A stretch of 64,000 bases of DNA from Candidatus Spongiisociaceae bacterium. GTDB taxonomy: Bacteria; Actinomycetota; Acidimicrobiia; Spongiisociales; Spongiisociaceae. Below the pieces are notes generated by a model, which did no database searches, was not told the DNA's origin, and saw only the letters and a program-made list of their open reading frames with translations. Below are positions 22,101 through 30,679 of the stretch, piece by piece (the stretch's first letter is position 1; every line of letters begins with the position of its first letter). A program made the position numbers and the translations under genes. Location of the stretch: assembly GCA_965262915.1 (NCBI GenBank), contig OZ253564.1, forward strand, positions 608,001 to 672,000. Reading direction: 5' to 3'.

Positions 22101-24704
22101 ATGGTGCGCTGGAGAGTCCACGGCGAGCGCGACCACGAAGAGGATCGTGTGGGCGCCGCGAGCCTCAGCCACCGGATCGACGGGCTGGTCAGCGGCACCA
22201 GGTACTGGGCACAGGTCCGCGCCTTCAACCGGGTCGGCAACGGGCCGTGGTCAGACCTCCTGTCCACGGTGCCGCTCGCCGTGCCGGGCGCGCCCCGAAC
22301 CGTCGCAGCAGAAGCCCGCGACGCGGGTCTCGGAGTGACCTGGCAGGCTCCTGCCAGCGACGGCGGCGACCCGATCACCGAATACAAGATCCAATGGAAA
22401 ACCACCTCCGGCGCGTTCGGCGCGGCCGCCGCCGTGGACGCCGCCACACACCTCCATGAGATCACCGCGCTCACCAACAACACCCGCTACGTCGTGCAGG
22501 TCGTGGCGGTAAACTCCCAAGGCGACGGCAGCGCCGCCCAGATCCACGCCACGCCGCTGCCGCCCACTGTCCCCGGACCGCCCATCATCGCCGCCGTGGT
22601 GCCTCGCGAGGGGGGAGTCACGGTCCAGTGGCTGCCGCCTCCCGACGACGGCAGAGCGCCCGTGAGCTCCTACCGGCTGAGCTGGCCCGGCGGCCACGCC
22701 GAGATCACCGACCCGACCGACCTCAGCCATGACATCGTCGGACTGGACTTCGCCCTCGACTCCGTGATCAGGATCTCCGCGGTCAACTCCCAGGGCGAGG
22801 GAACCCCCGCCGCGGTCAGGGCCCGCTCCAATCAGGTCCCGGGCCCGCCGCAACGCGTGCTCATCGCTGAGGACGACGGCAGCCTCGTCGTGCGGTGGAA
22901 ACCGCCCGGCGTCGTGTCGGCGTTCGTCGCCTCATACAGCGGGTTCGTGGTCACCGAGTACCTGGTGCAGTGGAAGACAAGCGGCCAGGAATACAGCACC
23001 GACCGCCAGGCCACGGTCACACCGGACTCCATCCCGGACAACTCCTACGGGGTCTACACGATCACGGGCCTCAACAACGGCTCGGACTACTCGGTGCGCG
23101 TCATCGCGGTCAACGAGGGCCGCCGGGGGCCGCCCGGGGAGGTGTCGGGTCGGCCGAGGCCGGCAGTGGAGGGCGCACCGCCTCGTGTCGTCGCCTACAA
23201 CTACGGCGAACGCACGGGTGAACTCTGGGTGGATTGGTGGCCGGCCATACGAGAACACGACGGGGTGCAGGCCTCCATCTACGAGCTGCGTTGGGGGCCT
23301 GCCGGCCAGGCGAGCAGTCCCTCCGGATACCCGAGGATCCCCGTGGGGCCCCGCGTCATCGACGTCGGCTCTGACGCAGTGGGCACCGTGCTCCGCGTGC
23401 GGGTGAGAGCAGTCTATGGTGGCACGTTCGGGCCGTGGGCCGAGACGCTGGTCGCGGTGGCGGCGCCTCCGACCATCCCGCAGCGACTCACTGCGACCCC
23501 CGGCGACGGCAGTGCATCGTTGCAGTGGGATCCGCCCGAGTCCGACAGGGGGTCGCCGATCTCTGCGTATGTGGTGATCGTGAACGAGGTCGACGACATC
23601 GAAGACCAGGCGTCCGTCGTCGTGACCGGCGAGAGCTACGAGATGACCGGGCTTGAGAACGGCCGGACATACACGCTTCATGTAGCGGCGCTCAACAACG
23701 TGGGCATCGGATATCGCAATGAAGTGATGGTGACGCCCAACGGCGAGATCGACGGGCCGAGCGTGCCCGGCGCGCCGGAGGACGTGGTGGTGGTGCCCGG
23801 CGACGGTTCGCTGGCGGTGTCGTGGGCGGCGCCGGCCGATCACGGCGGGGCCGCCGCCAGCGCGTACCAGGTGAGCTGGGAGGCGGCCGGGCAGCCCGGC
23901 ACAGCCCAGCAGGCCGATGTGGGCGCGGCGTTGAGCCATGTGATCACTGGCCTGGTCAACGGCACCGACTATGCGGTGGAGGTGACCGCAGCCAACTCCG
24001 CCGGGACGGGGCAGGCAGCGGCGGTGACAGCTGCGCCCGCGGCGGCGGGGGCGCAGCCGGGCGCGCCGGGCGGGATCGTGGTGGTGCCCGGCGACGGCAT
24101 GCTGTTGGTGTCATGGCATGCGGCGACCGACAGCACCGGGGCCGCCGCCAGCAGGTACGAGGTGAGCTGGGAGGCGGCCGGGCAGCCCGGCACAGCCCAG
24201 CAGGCCGATGTGGGCGCGGCGTTGAGCCATGTGATCACTGGCCTGGTCAACGGCACCGACTATGTGGTGGAGGTGACCGCAGCCAACTCCGCCGGCAAGG
24301 GACCGGCCATAGTGACGCGGGCGGTGCCCACCGGGGTGCCGAGCGCGCCCCGCGGAGTGGTCGCCGCGCGCAGCACGGTCGTGGCCGGCACGGCCAGGAT
24401 CCTGCTGAACTGGCTTCCGCCCGACGACAACGGCGGCACCAAGATCACCGCCTACCGGGTGTCATGGCGCGCCGACGGCGAGAGCTACGACGACTCGCAG
24501 TGCTCGCACCGCCGAGCCGATACCACCGCCACGGGCCACCCCATCGGCGACTTGGACGCCGACACCACTTACCACGTTCGGGTGGCCGCCATCAACGCCG
24601 CGGGGCCCGGCCCCGCAACCGAGATAACGATCCCGCCCGGGAACACTGCGGCAGCTGACAGGAGGCACACAGAATGGGCATCGCCAGACACTCGGAACAG
24701 ATGA
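16191..24704 (+). CDS. Giant secreted surface protein: signal peptide, 3 SLH domains, S/T/P linker, roughly 25 fibronectin type III domains (2837 aa)
   Basis: FDDVVSGVHASAIDALAQLGV, TRAQMASFL; repeated PGAP...L.V.W..P...Y.VQW...GL.NGT.Y.VRVAAVN..G.G.WS; ATGA overlaps at both ends. Confidence 0.95.
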   Translation: MRRAGIRAGPAAGVAGRVRRVLSGLVLAAVVAAGIGPGGSWAQVGDGDDEGRHDGFDDVVSGVHASAIDALAQLGVFEGTECGEGLFCPDEPIRRWVMAVWLVRVLETPLPEAGASRFSDVDPQQWWSRHVEALADLEITAGCSRSPARYCPDEVVSRAQMASFLARAFHLEPSEEGERFSDVSGGVHAANIDALAASGITAGCATDPARYCPTRATTRAQMASFLKRARTMFIGPCPTEATDDTGTTTPSTGSPPSTGSPPSTGSPPSTGSPPSTGSPPSTGSPPSTGSPPSTGSPPSTRPGVVVPGAPRGVVVAPDDGELLVSWSAPSELVGVSSVTYVVEWRLDTQPFGGGRRLLGVSEESATISGLVNGAMYAVRVSAVLSGSRGPWSEPVPGAPGRVLGAPRELVTERGDRELGLSWEPPGDPGGLEPGDFLAPEYYVVQWAVEGESYSLDRLLEVTETSATITGLDNGTLYRVRVAAVRVVAVPVASPELWSEATGVPAVPPDAPSGLMAAAGDQQLMLSWVSGESGGLPVTEQRLQWRSNSQFFSEDRQLVIGDDTSATITGLDNGTRYWVRVAAVSGAGVSDWSPHASGRPATRPGAPGGLEATRDNQSLVLSWDRPADSGGAVSLSYVVQWRSDAQSFSAARELEAADTFATVTSLVNGTVHWVRVAAVNDDADAGRGAWSEPVSRTPATRPGAPRRVAATRGDGSLAVTWAAPAESGGAAVEGYVVQWRSDAQSFSTARQRTTTSTSATVPGLVNGTTYTVRVAAVNNVGAGAWSEPVSRTPATRPGAPRRVAATRGDGSLAVTWAAPAESGGAAVEGYVVQWHASGQSFSTARQRTTTSMSATVPGLVNGTAYWVRVAAVNNVGAGAWSEPVSRTPATRPGAPVIEAVDGGSGRLVVRWAAPANGGFPVRSYQLQWKTDSQTFSTARQRTTTSTSATVPGLVNGTAYWVRVAAVNNVGAGAWSEPVSGIPASAPGAPRDLVVTPGNGQLGLSWQPPGDTGDVAVEYVVQWRSGSEQYSSARSQTTGEDYATVTGLANGTAYWVQVTANSSAGAGGSTEATNVVPRTTPSAPLRLEATVGDGSLALQWQPPSSDGGDSVSGYIVQWRADGEDYATTRQLDAAGTSAAITGLANGTPHTVRVAAVNAAGAGAWSTEATKTPAGVPDAPREVTAASGDRALDVSWEPPPNNGSEIKHYVVQWKAGGDYSTARQRTTTSTSATVPGLVNGTAYWVRVAAVNNVGAGAWSEPVSRTPATRPGAPVIEAVDGGSGRLVVRWAAPANGGSPVRSYQLQWKTDSQTFSTARQRTTTSTSATVPGLVNGTAYWVRVAAVNNVGAGAWSEPVSGIPASAPGAPRDLVVTPGNGQLGLSWQPPGDTGDVAVEYVVQWRSGSEQYSSARSQTTGEDYATVTGLANGTAYWVQVTANSSAGAGGSTEATNVVPRTTPSAPLRLEATVGDGSLALQWQPPSSDGGDSVSGYIVQWRADGEDYATTRQLDAAGTSAAITGLANGTPHTVRVAAVNAAGAGAWSTEATKTPAGVPDAPREVTAASGDRALDVSWEPPPNNGSEIKHYVVQWKAGGDYSTARQLEAAGNTATVTALVNGTAYWVRVAAVNNVGAGPWSTEATKTAATVPSAPRNLTVERRNSALAATWTAPASTGGLAIEEYQIQWTTDPSDYGPDKEGTVTGTTATLPFLVNGTEYMVRVAAVNGIGAGAWSTQESGTPSPPPTVPGRPEIDAVDAADRRLVVRWSPPANDGGDDITGYIVRWRTQLGSYNAANTHPGIGASVSSDTIDELDKNTRYWVQVAAVNGIGAGRWSDAVSATIPMTAPGAPLGLAVAGGDAELQLSWRQPHDTGGAQPLTYVVQWRSGDQQYDTTRQQTTVSTSATITGLDNGTRYWVKVTATNAEGSTPGVERDGTPLTGPGPPTMVEFTSDPMAPGRLVLSWAAPDDNGGTALTGYMVRWRVHGERDHEEDRVGAASLSHRIDGLVSGTRYWAQVRAFNRVGNGPWSDLLSTVPLAVPGAPRTVAAEARDAGLGVTWQAPASDGGDPITEYKIQWKTTSGAFGAAAAVDAATHLHEITALTNNTRYVVQVVAVNSQGDGSAAQIHATPLPPTVPGPPIIAAVVPREGGVTVQWLPPPDDGRAPVSSYRLSWPGGHAEITDPTDLSHDIVGLDFALDSVIRISAVNSQGEGTPAAVRARSNQVPGPPQRVLIAEDDGSLVVRWKPPGVVSAFVASYSGFVVTEYLVQWKTSGQEYSTDRQATVTPDSIPDNSYGVYTITGLNNGSDYSVRVIAVNEGRRGPPGEVSGRPRPAVEGAPPRVVAYNYGERTGELWVDWWPAIREHDGVQASIYELRWGPAGQASSPSGYPRIPVGPRVIDVGSDAVGTVLRVRVRAVYGGTFGPWAETLVAVAAPPTIPQRLTATPGDGSASLQWDPPESDRGSPISAYVVIVNEVDDIEDQASVVVTGESYEMTGLENGRTYTLHVAALNNVGIGYRNEVMVTPNGEIDGPSVPGAPEDVVVVPGDGSLAVSWAAPADHGGAAASAYQVSWEAAGQPGTAQQADVGAALSHVITGLVNGTDYAVEVTAANSAGTGQAAAVTAAPAAAGAQPGAPGGIVVVPGDGMLLVSWHAATDSTGAAASRYEVSWEAAGQPGTAQQADVGAALSHVITGLVNGTDYVVEVTAANSAGKGPAIVTRAVPTGVPSAPRGVVAARSTVVAGTARILLNWLPPDDNGGTKITAYRVSWRADGESYDDSQCSHRRADTTATGHPIGDLDADTTYHVRVAAINAAGPGPATEITIPPGNTAAADRRHTEWASPDTRNR
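16941..17084 (+). repeat. 18-bp tandem repeat x8 encoding (STGSPP)8 linker
   Basis: AGCACCGGGTCGCCCCCA x8. Confidence 0.96.
18711..20981 (+). repeat. Near-identical 1128-bp tandem duplication (4 FN3 domains)
   Basis: Shadow ORFs recur identically at offset 1128 (19061/20189, 19106/20234, 19556/20684); only a few substitutions seen. Confidence 0.93.
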
Positions 24705-25102
24705 CAGGACGCGCCAAGCACACAGCCGACAGGACGCGCCGAGCATGGCCGACAGGACGCGCCAAGCACACAGCCGACCGGCCCCACCGACCGGACCGTC
24801 GAGCGTTCCTGCGTTGCGCCAGCGGGGCCGCGCTGTCGATTCTGGCGGTGGGAGCGCGAGCCGCACTGCATCCCCGGCCCGCGTCGGCAGGCCCCGCGGC
24901 GTCGTGTTGCGGTCTCGCGCGAGACGCCAATGCGTGGTGCCCGTACTTCTGCGGAGAGATCGGCGGAGGATTCAGCTGTTGGGCATGCAACAACGGGGCG
25001 TGCCTGTGCTGTGAGTGCATCCCCGGCGGGCTGGCCAGCTGCTTCTATTTCTTTGCGAGCTGCTCCTACAGCACTGGGTGCTGCGAGAGGGCGGCCGATT
25101 AG
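24701..25102 (+). CDS. Tat-signal, cysteine-rich small secreted protein (alternative start 24674)
   Basis: DRRAFLR twin-arginine motif, hydrophobic stretch, ASA cleavage site; predicted 70-aa mature part with 14 Cys and 2 Trp. Confidence 0.85.
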   Translation: MTGRAKHTADRTRRAWPTGRAKHTADRPHRPDRRAFLRCASGAALSILAVGARAALHPRPASAGPAASCCGLARDANAWCPYFCGEIGGGFSCWACNNGACLCCECIPGGLASCFYFFASCSYSTGCCERAAD

Positions 25103-25188
25103 GCACCGAGCGACACCGGAGGCGACTGTGGACTCAACAGACCGACCAACATCAGGCGCCCGGGCGCGCGGGCTCCGCGGGGGCGACC

Positions 25189-25599
25189 ATGACTGACTCG
25201 AACAAGACCACCCGTCCAAGGCCCGGGAGCCTCGGCTCCCAAGAGTTCGTGGACTTCCTGGCGCAAGTGCGCCGCGACCCGCGCCGGACACCGGCGCCCT
25301 CGCCCATCAACGCCGCCGCCGTCGAGTTGGGCACCTACGAGTCCGACGCTGGCGAGGGCCATGTATGGGTGCGCATAGACAGCACCGGCGAGACCGTGCG
25401 AGCCGCGCTCGACGGCTTCCTGCCCGAGTATCGCCTCGAGCGCGGTGACGAGCTGGGAGCAACAGTTGTGGACGGCGCCTGGCGGACGATCCCCACCGTG
25501 AAGTACACAATCAGGCACTCCGACCGGATCGATTTCTGGACCAAGAACCGCCGGACCGGGGGCTTTCGCCAGCTCGCCACGAGCAGCTACGAGCAGTAG
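25189..25599 (+). CDS. Hypothetical protein (136 aa), last gene of the Mau-like cluster
   Basis: ATG 25189, GC3-rich codons, globular-looking beta-rich composition; no family recognised. Confidence 0.65.
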   Translation: MTDSNKTTRPRPGSLGSQEFVDFLAQVRRDPRRTPAPSPINAAAVELGTYESDAGEGHVWVRIDSTGETVRAALDGFLPEYRLERGDELGATVVDGAWRTIPTVKYTIRHSDRIDFWTKNRRTGGFRQLATSSYEQ

Positions 25600-25750
25600 C
25601 GACCAGAAGCGTTTACACCACCACAACCGCCCGAGATCAAGCAAGCTGACCGGGCCTGGTTCCGGGTGGCGAAGCTGGTCCGGTCTAGGAGTTCGGTCTC
25701 GAGGGTGGCGAAGAAGGACTCGGCGACCGCGTTGTCGTAGGCGTCGCCTC
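25600..25750 (-). mobile_element. IS3-family integrase fragment
   Basis: DAYDNAVAESFFATLETELLDRTSF. Confidence 0.8.
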
Positions 25751-26430
25751 GGCGGCCAGGTCTGTGTCCCGCCCGTTGAGGATCCGTAGACGGGCTAGGA
25801 GCTCGTCGGTGATAGTGGTCCACATGAGCCGATCCGCGTTGCGCCACGCGTAGTCGGCCAGCACCCGGGCATCTTTGGGGTCGGTCTTGGCCGCTCCTGC
25901 GTAGAGCTCCGCGGCTCGGCGCATCGCCAGGCCGGTGACATAAGCCACCGGCATCTGACACTCGGCGGCCACCCCCAAGGCCAGCACAGCCGCAGACGAG
26001 GTCGAGTCAACCACCAGCGGCGGGCTGCCATGACCTGCTGCGTCGTCGATCAACCGCCGGATAGCCCCCTCGTCGTTGGGAACCGGACGGGCGAACAACG
26101 GCTCGCCTCGAGCCGACACCGCACAGGCATAATGCTTGCCTTTGGCGACATCAACACCGACGAACACCTCAGGGGCGGGCTGTGGGCAATCACCCACTCG
26201 GCAGGTCCCTTCCGGTCGGGAATACGTATGCCGATAACTCAGGACACCAACGCCTCAACCACATCTGCGAACCAGCCCCTCACTTCGGTGCATGTGATGG
26301 CGATCAGAGGTCGCAGGCACCCAACCACGGCGGGTGGAATCACACCCTAGGCCATCTCGGTGACAGGGGAATTAAGCCCAGCCCGCCGCGGCGAGTAACC
26401 GGCCCCGATGCTCACACACCAGAGCTACCC
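25750..26430 (-). mobile_element. IS110-family 5' fragment (DEDD domain plus upstream non-coding region)
   Basis: VFVGVDVAKGKHYA, AKTDPKDARVLAD; truncated by the IS3 piece. Confidence 0.85.
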
Positions 26431-26439
26431 AACAAGGTA

Positions 26440-26790
26440 AAGGGGAATTTCAATGATCGCCATCACCCGTCTCCAGCTCGGCAATCCGACGACGAGCGGC
26501 CCAAAGTTCCCCTTGTTCCGTCGAGGTCGCACCGGGCTTCAGGCCAAGGTCAACAACGTCCTGGCGTCGCCAGTTGTAAATCGTCTGCCTCGGACACACC
26601 AAGATCGACAGACAAGGACGCCACCGACCTTCCGGCCGCTAACAGATCCAGAACTCTGCGACGGAACTCGGGTGGATATCGATACGGCACCAAGACCCCT
26701 CCTTTTGCGGGTCAGCACACCACCAATTTCAAATATCCCGACTCCACGAAAGTGGGTCACCATCACACTCTCCGAGGAACCCGGTGCGGT
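26440..26790. mobile_element. Stack of IS end remnants (IS21-type end, IS3 orfA start)
   Basis: GGGGAATTTCAATGATCGCCATCA resembles the IS21 end at ~37780-37803; minus-strand orfA-like PYRYPPEFRRRVLDL. Confidence 0.55.
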
Positions 26791-26824
26791 TCAGAGACCT
26801 TATGGAGATCTTTCCCGTCGGGGT

Positions 26825-29800
26825 CTATGCCTTGTCTTTGGTGATGGTGATCGTGTCGCCGCTGGGGGTTACTGATTGGACGGTGATGGTGTAGCCACCG
26901 ATGGTGACGCTCTGTCCCTGGGTGAGTATGGGGTAATCGTTTACTTGTGCGTTGCCGGTGTCACCCGCCATTTTTAGGGGGAGACGACGTGTGGCGAGGG
27001 CAGCGTCGACGGTGTACACGAGAACTCCTTCGGTCGCTAACGCGGTGTCGTAGCCGAGTTTGTGTCGGGACTCCATAACGATCGCTTTGTGTCTCGAGAT
27101 GGGTATGGCAGCCATTGCTGTGCCGGTGCCGGGGTTGGCAACGGGGCTGAGGGTCACGGTCGCTTCGGTTCCGGTCACGCAGCGAATCTGGGCGGGTTCG
27201 AGCCAGCCGAGCTGCCAGCGGCTCCAAGCCAGCATTTCTGATCCCCCGGTGTAGGTGGAGTACGGGGCGCTGTCGCGGGTGAGGAAGCGAGCTTGCAGTC
27301 CCATGAGACCGAACCCTGTGGTTACCCATTTCTGACCCTCGGGAGGGTTGGGTAGCTTGTGGTCGGAGGTTGGGTAGAGATCCAAGAGTCCGAGATTGTG
27401 GGCGAGTTCGTGCGCTGCCGTGTGACCCCACGAGGTTGGCTTCCCAGGTTCTGGCCTCGGTTGGGAGTTGATAAGGGTGATGCTCTGGATGGTTCCTTCG
27501 TCTGTGCGGACTTTGTGTAATCCTGCTATTGCTGACCAGAAGTGGGAACCGGGCATCACGACCATCATGATGTCGTGTCCGGCAAAGTCGAGGTCGGGGT
27601 CGGCTAACCTGGCGGCCTCGTCGACGACGTACGTTTCGGGCTCCGTAGTACCTCCGCCAACGTAGTGGTCATAGTTGTGTTCGGGTCTGAGCCAGCGGTG
27701 CAGGGGGTTGAACTCGACATCTAGTTTCCCGTAGCTGGCCGCCTCGAGGTATTCCTCTGCGTAGGGGAGGCCGAGCGTGGCCTCGTCATGACTGGTATGG
27801 GCTGCCTCCTTGTCGGGGAAGTCCACGAAGATAACCGCCACCCGCAGGAGACCGGTGGAGGTTGGGGCCCATCCGGGCAGAGGAAACCCTGCCGTGGCAC
27901 CTGAGGTGCCCACCGGTTGGCACATGCCCGGGTCCGGTCCGTCGGCCCAGACAGCATATCGAACATTCGCCGGCACAGAAACAACCGGTGCTCGACCCCA
28001 GCAGACGACAGCACCATCGGGGCGTAGCCCACAAGAGTACCCATCGGAATACCCGCTCTTTTTGACTGAGACCGCTTCGAACCGTCCCGTGGGAGGCTGA
28101 GCCTGCCCGACCAAGTTGCCCCAGCAGATAACAGCACCACCGGTACGTAGCCCACAGGAATACCGATCACCGGCCGCCACTGCAATAAACATCCCATCCG
28201 GCGGGGTGGCCTCACCTGAACCGTTGGCACCCCAACAAGCCACCGTACCGTCGAGACGCAGCCCACAAGAATGCGAACCACCAGCCGAAACAGCAGTAAA
28301 CCGACCATCCGGCGGGGTGGCCTGACCCAAACCCTTCGACCCCCAGCAGGCCACCGTACCGTCGACGCGTACCCCACAAGAATGCGAACCACCAGCCGCT
28401 ACCGCGGTGAACGTCCCATCCGGCGGGGTGGCCTGACCCGAACCGTTGTACCCCCAGCAGGCGACGGTGCCGTCGAGGCGTACCCCACATGAATGCCCAC
28501 TACCGGCCGAAACAGAAGCGAACCGACCGTCCGGCGGGGTGGCCTGACCCAAACCGTTGTACCCCCAGCAGGCCACCGTACCGTCGACGCGTACCCCACA
28601 AGAGTGCGAACCACCAGCCGCGACTGCGGTGAACGTCCCATCCGGCGGGGTGGCCTGACCCGAACCGTTGGCACCCCAGCAGGCCACCGTACCGTCGACG
28701 CGTACCCCACATGAATGCAAATTACCGACAGAACTGGTGACGAACACACCGTCGGGCGGTTCCGGCTCACCGGACCAGTCGAAACCCCAGCACACAACAC
28801 TTCCACCGGCGCGTACCCCACATGAATGCAAATTACCGGCCGAAACAGCAGTAAACCGACCGTCCGGCGGGTCGGCCTGACCGTTTTCGTTAGCCCCCCA
28901 GCACACAACCGTCCCGTCGGTACGCAGCCCGCACATATGCCGGCTAGTGCCCGAGACAGTGCTGAACCGTCCCTCGGGTGGGTCGAACAGACCCCAGCAC
29001 TCAACACCGGCATCGGTGCGCAGCCCGCACGAATGGGCATTGCCCGTGGCAACGTCGGTGAACTTGCCCTCCGGCGGGTCGGCCTGACCGTTTTCGTTAG
29101 CCCCCCAGCACACAACCGTCCCGTCCGTGCGTATCCCACACGTATGAACGACACTCGTGGCAACGTCGGTGAACTTGCCCTCCGGCGGGTCGGCCTGACC
29201 GTTTTCGTTAGCCCCCCAGCAGACAACCGTCCCGTCCGTGCGTATCCCACACGTGTAATATCTACCCGCCGAAACGGAGACGAAGGTCCCCTCCGGGACA
29301 CCGGTCCGAGAAAATGGGGATCCCCAGCAGGCAACAGTACCGTCGGTGCGTATCCCGCACGAATGGTCCCAGCCCGACGAGATGACGGTGAACTCACCTT
29401 GCGGCGGTTCGGCCTGACCCTGAGTGTTCTCACCCCAACAAACGACCGTGCCGTCGGCGAGCAGCCCACACGAATGAAAACCACCCGCAGCCACCTCGAC
29501 GAACCGTTCCCCCGACGGCTCGAGGTCAAGTGTGAGTGCCCGGGTAAGGAATGTGGCCATCTGCGCTCGGGTGGTGTCCCGCCCCGGGCAGTAGCGGAGG
29601 GGTTCTGTCCTACACCCTGCCGTGACACCCGAAGCGGCCAATGCATCAATATTCGCCGCGTGGACACCGCCCTCAACATCTGCGAACCCCGCCGACGGTG
29701 CCGAAGACAGCCCGAACGCGCGGACCAGAAACGACGCCATCCGAGCACGATTAACCGTCTCGGTAGGACAAAACCTCGCTGGCTTCGTCGCGCAACCCGC

Positions 29801-30679
29801 CGTAACACCCAGATCCGCCAGACGCTCCACATAAGGCGCCCACCACTGCGACTCGTCCACATCCGCGAACCGCGACGACCCCACCGACGCCGGGTCGGCC
29901 CCGTCGAGGATACGCACCAGCCACACCGCCATCACCCAACGCTGCACCGGAACCGTCGGACAGAACTCCCCCGGCCCGCATTCGGTCCCCTCAAACACCC
30001 CATCAGCCGCAAGGGTGCTGATCGCCGCCTCATGGGTAGAGCCCTCCACATCCCAAAAGTCCCCCGAAGTACCCACGTCGGTAGCCGGCGGCGCCGTAGT
30101 AGGAGCAGTAGCCGGAGAGGTAGTGGCTGATCCTCCTCCTACCTCTTCGATCAGCCACCCCCCACCAGACTGCCTAGAAGCCACAAACGTGTACTCCACC
30201 CCATTCACCGACGCAGCCCGAAGCTCGATACGCTGCCCCGACGTGAAAAACAACAGACGTCCAGAACCCGAATCGTCCACCCGGAACTCCACGTCGGTAC
30301 CCGGATACCTACACGACCCACCCGGCTCCACCACCAACCCCACATAACAATCACCACCCCCCTGCGCCAACACCCCAACCGCCAACACCCCAACCGCCAA
30401 CACCCCAGAAGCCACCACCCCAAGCACCCCGACAACGCCAAACGGGAACGCCCCCGACATGGAAAAGAACTGTGACCGTCGCACCGACCGGCCCTTCCGT
30501 CGAGAACCCCCACCAACCCGACGGGAACCAAGCCCTACCATGCCCACAACCTTCCGAACTTCCATAACCACAGAAACCCGCTTTCTTCTCACACCCACAC
30601 ACCCGGAAGTGAGAACGGCGACGAAGCGGCGCGCAATCCAACCGTCCCTCACCGTTGCACCCGGCCCCCGGTCACTCAT
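26825..30679 (-). CDS. SLH + RCC1-repeat + M6-like zinc metalloprotease surface protein (true start probably near 30460)
   Basis: Three SLH repeats, ~13 HSCG..DGTV.CWG blades, RVAVIFVDFPD and AHELAHNLGLLDLY (HExxH). Confidence 0.9.
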   Translation of the reverse strand: MSDRGPGATVRDGWIARRFVAVLTSGCVGVRRKRVSVVMEVRKVVGMVGLGSRRVGGGSRRKGRSVRRSQFFSMSGAFPFGVVGVLGVVASGVLAVGVLAVGVLAQGGGDCYVGLVVEPGGSCRYPGTDVEFRVDDSGSGRLLFFTSGQRIELRAASVNGVEYTFVASRQSGGGWLIEEVGGGSATTSPATAPTTAPPATDVGTSGDFWDVEGSTHEAAISTLAADGVFEGTECGPGEFCPTVPVQRWVMAVWLVRILDGADPASVGSSRFADVDESQWWAPYVERLADLGVTAGCATKPARFCPTETVNRARMASFLVRAFGLSSAPSAGFADVEGGVHAANIDALAASGVTAGCRTEPLRYCPGRDTTRAQMATFLTRALTLDLEPSGERFVEVAAGGFHSCGLLADGTVVCWGENTQGQAEPPQGEFTVISSGWDHSCGIRTDGTVACWGSPFSRTGVPEGTFVSVSAGRYYTCGIRTDGTVVCWGANENGQADPPEGKFTDVATSVVHTCGIRTDGTVVCWGANENGQADPPEGKFTDVATGNAHSCGLRTDAGVECWGLFDPPEGRFSTVSGTSRHMCGLRTDGTVVCWGANENGQADPPDGRFTAVSAGNLHSCGVRAGGSVVCWGFDWSGEPEPPDGVFVTSSVGNLHSCGVRVDGTVACWGANGSGQATPPDGTFTAVAAGGSHSCGVRVDGTVACWGYNGLGQATPPDGRFASVSAGSGHSCGVRLDGTVACWGYNGSGQATPPDGTFTAVAAGGSHSCGVRVDGTVACWGSKGLGQATPPDGRFTAVSAGGSHSCGLRLDGTVACWGANGSGEATPPDGMFIAVAAGDRYSCGLRTGGAVICWGNLVGQAQPPTGRFEAVSVKKSGYSDGYSCGLRPDGAVVCWGRAPVVSVPANVRYAVWADGPDPGMCQPVGTSGATAGFPLPGWAPTSTGLLRVAVIFVDFPDKEAAHTSHDEATLGLPYAEEYLEAASYGKLDVEFNPLHRWLRPEHNYDHYVGGGTTEPETYVVDEAARLADPDLDFAGHDIMMVVMPGSHFWSAIAGLHKVRTDEGTIQSITLINSQPRPEPGKPTSWGHTAAHELAHNLGLLDLYPTSDHKLPNPPEGQKWVTTGFGLMGLQARFLTRDSAPYSTYTGGSEMLAWSRWQLGWLEPAQIRCVTGTEATVTLSPVANPGTGTAMAAIPISRHKAIVMESRHKLGYDTALATEGVLVYTVDAALATRRLPLKMAGDTGNAQVNDYPILTQGQSVTIGGYTITVQSVTPSGDTITITKDKA

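Noticed and set aside
14299-25102. Canonical methylamine dehydrogenase (mau) operon
   Set aside because: No beta-propeller large subunit, MauG or amicyanin in the window, and the Tat peptide is much shorter than MauA.
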